A DNA stretch of 40,978 nucleotides from contig JAYUVL010000007.1 of the NCBI GenBank assembly GCA_043754075.1, positions 1 to 40,978 of the forward strand, in the 5' to 3' direction. Both the position numbers and the translations under genes were made by a program. This document shows, one piece after another, positions 40,465-40,978 of this stretch (the first letter of the stretch is position 1; each line of letters starts with the position of its first letter). The notes under the pieces were generated by a model. The model was not told the DNA's origin, did not search any database, and was given only the letters and a program-made list of their open reading frames with translations. This stretch comes from Cytophagales bacterium (GTDB lineage Bacteria > Bacteroidota > Bacteroidia > Cytophagales > Thermoflexibacteraceae).

Positions 40465-40978
40465 CTAAAAAGGATAAACAGCGGCCACCAAGTAGGCCAG
40501 CCCCATGCCAATTAGATTGCCAATTGCCACCAATGCCAGTTCACGGACTGCCACCGCCCGGCGCTGGGACGGCCAAGTTTGCACAGCCAAGACAATGAGC
40601 CAGCCAATATAGGCAATGCTCAGCCCAATGCCGTAGGTAAGCAAATTGTTGGCAAGGAGGCTTACTTCGCGGCTAGTGCGGCCCGCCCCACCAATGATTT
40701 CCCAAGCCACCGAATCAGCGGCAACCCCTTTCTTCTGCAAGCCCACGCTCAATGCTTCATAAGTCGGGCCGAGCACATCGCCGTATTTGGCAGCGTTGCG
40801 CTGCTCCGCCCAAGCCTTCGTCACTGGGTTTCCCCGCCGCCGGATCTCGTCCTTGAGTTGGTTGCGGGCCTCCACCGACCAGCGGGCGTGGGCTTGCACC
40901 CCTCCCGATTGGGCTTGAGTGTAGGCTTGCTGGGAAATTTCGTTGGCTCGAGTGTCATATTCCTCGCGCAGCAAGCCC
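40465..40978 (-). CDS. C-terminal 170 aa of a larger protein (5' end beyond the window): helical soluble segment followed by two hydrophobic helices at the extreme C-terminus
   Basis: The frame stays open to the window end (..GLLREEYDTR..). The hydrophobic segments are LLANNLLTYGIGLSIAYIGWLIVLAV and LALVAIGNLIGMGLAYLVAAV. I recognise no family with confidence. Confidence 0.5.
   Translation of the reverse strand, partial: GLLREEYDTRANEISQQAYTQAQSGGVQAHARWSVEARNQLKDEIRRRGNPVTKAWAEQRNAAKYGDVLGPTYEALSVGLQKKGVAADSVAWEIIGGAGRTSREVSLLANNLLTYGIGLSIAYIGWLIVLAVQTWPSQRRAVAVRELALVAIGNLIGMGLAYLVAAVYPF

Noticed and set aside
1-40978. Mobile elements, CRISPR arrays, prophage or integrative-element signatures.
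   Set aside because: No ORF resembles a transposase, integrase, recombinase, Cas protein or phage structural protein. I noticed no regularly spaced direct repeats and no tRNA attachment site.

Overview
This 41 kb window looks like ordinary chromosome from a Bacteroidota genome, at roughly 50-55% GC by eye. The lineage call rests on gene content: a propeller/Y_Y_Y sensor kinase, a CarboxypepD_reg-type TonB-dependent receptor, DUF4290, DUF1080, DUF2339 and DUF58. It is also supported by repeated exact matches to the Bacteroidetes -7 promoter motif TAnnTTTG upstream of gene starts. I call 30 protein-coding genes, two of them cut by the window edges, and nearly all are housekeeping or envelope/carbohydrate functions. 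They are dapF, a two-gene sensor-kinase pair, gntK, a P-type Ca2+-type ATPase, a fasciclin lipoprotein, a TonB-dependent receptor, a GH95-like glycosidase, a J-domain miniprotein, a Rof-like protein, a TPR protein, ComA, a soluble acyl-ACP desaturase, DUF4290, PlsC, a Prs-like protein, DUF1080, an ABC exporter, KdgK, a NUDIX hydrolase, DUF2339, a membrane pyrophosphatase, YjbR, a small membrane protein, DUF58, pyrE, an LMW-PTP, a cysteine desulfurase, one HTH-like hypothetical protein, and a truncated protein ending in a hydrophobic helical hairpin. I found no tRNA or rRNA genes, CRISPR arrays, transposases, integrases or recognisable defence genes. I do not see a clear-cut novel multi-gene system. 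The best leads are listed here. (1) An orphan phosphosulfolactate synthase is translationally coupled to a TPR protein and sits beside a soluble acyl-ACP desaturase and PlsC, which suggests a possible sulfonate/lipid link. (2) The right edge (39.5-41.0 kb) has a ~30% GC spacer, an HTH-like hypothetical and the C-terminus of a larger protein, and may be the border of an accessory region. (3) A propeller-GAF kinase is paired with a REC-first kinase, and no output domain is visible. (4) A 10-nt G/C homopolymer lies between DUF58 and a tiny membrane-protein gene. (5) A Prs homologue lacks the canonical RQDR motif. Many long ORFs in the six-frame track are in-phase antisense shadows and were rejected.
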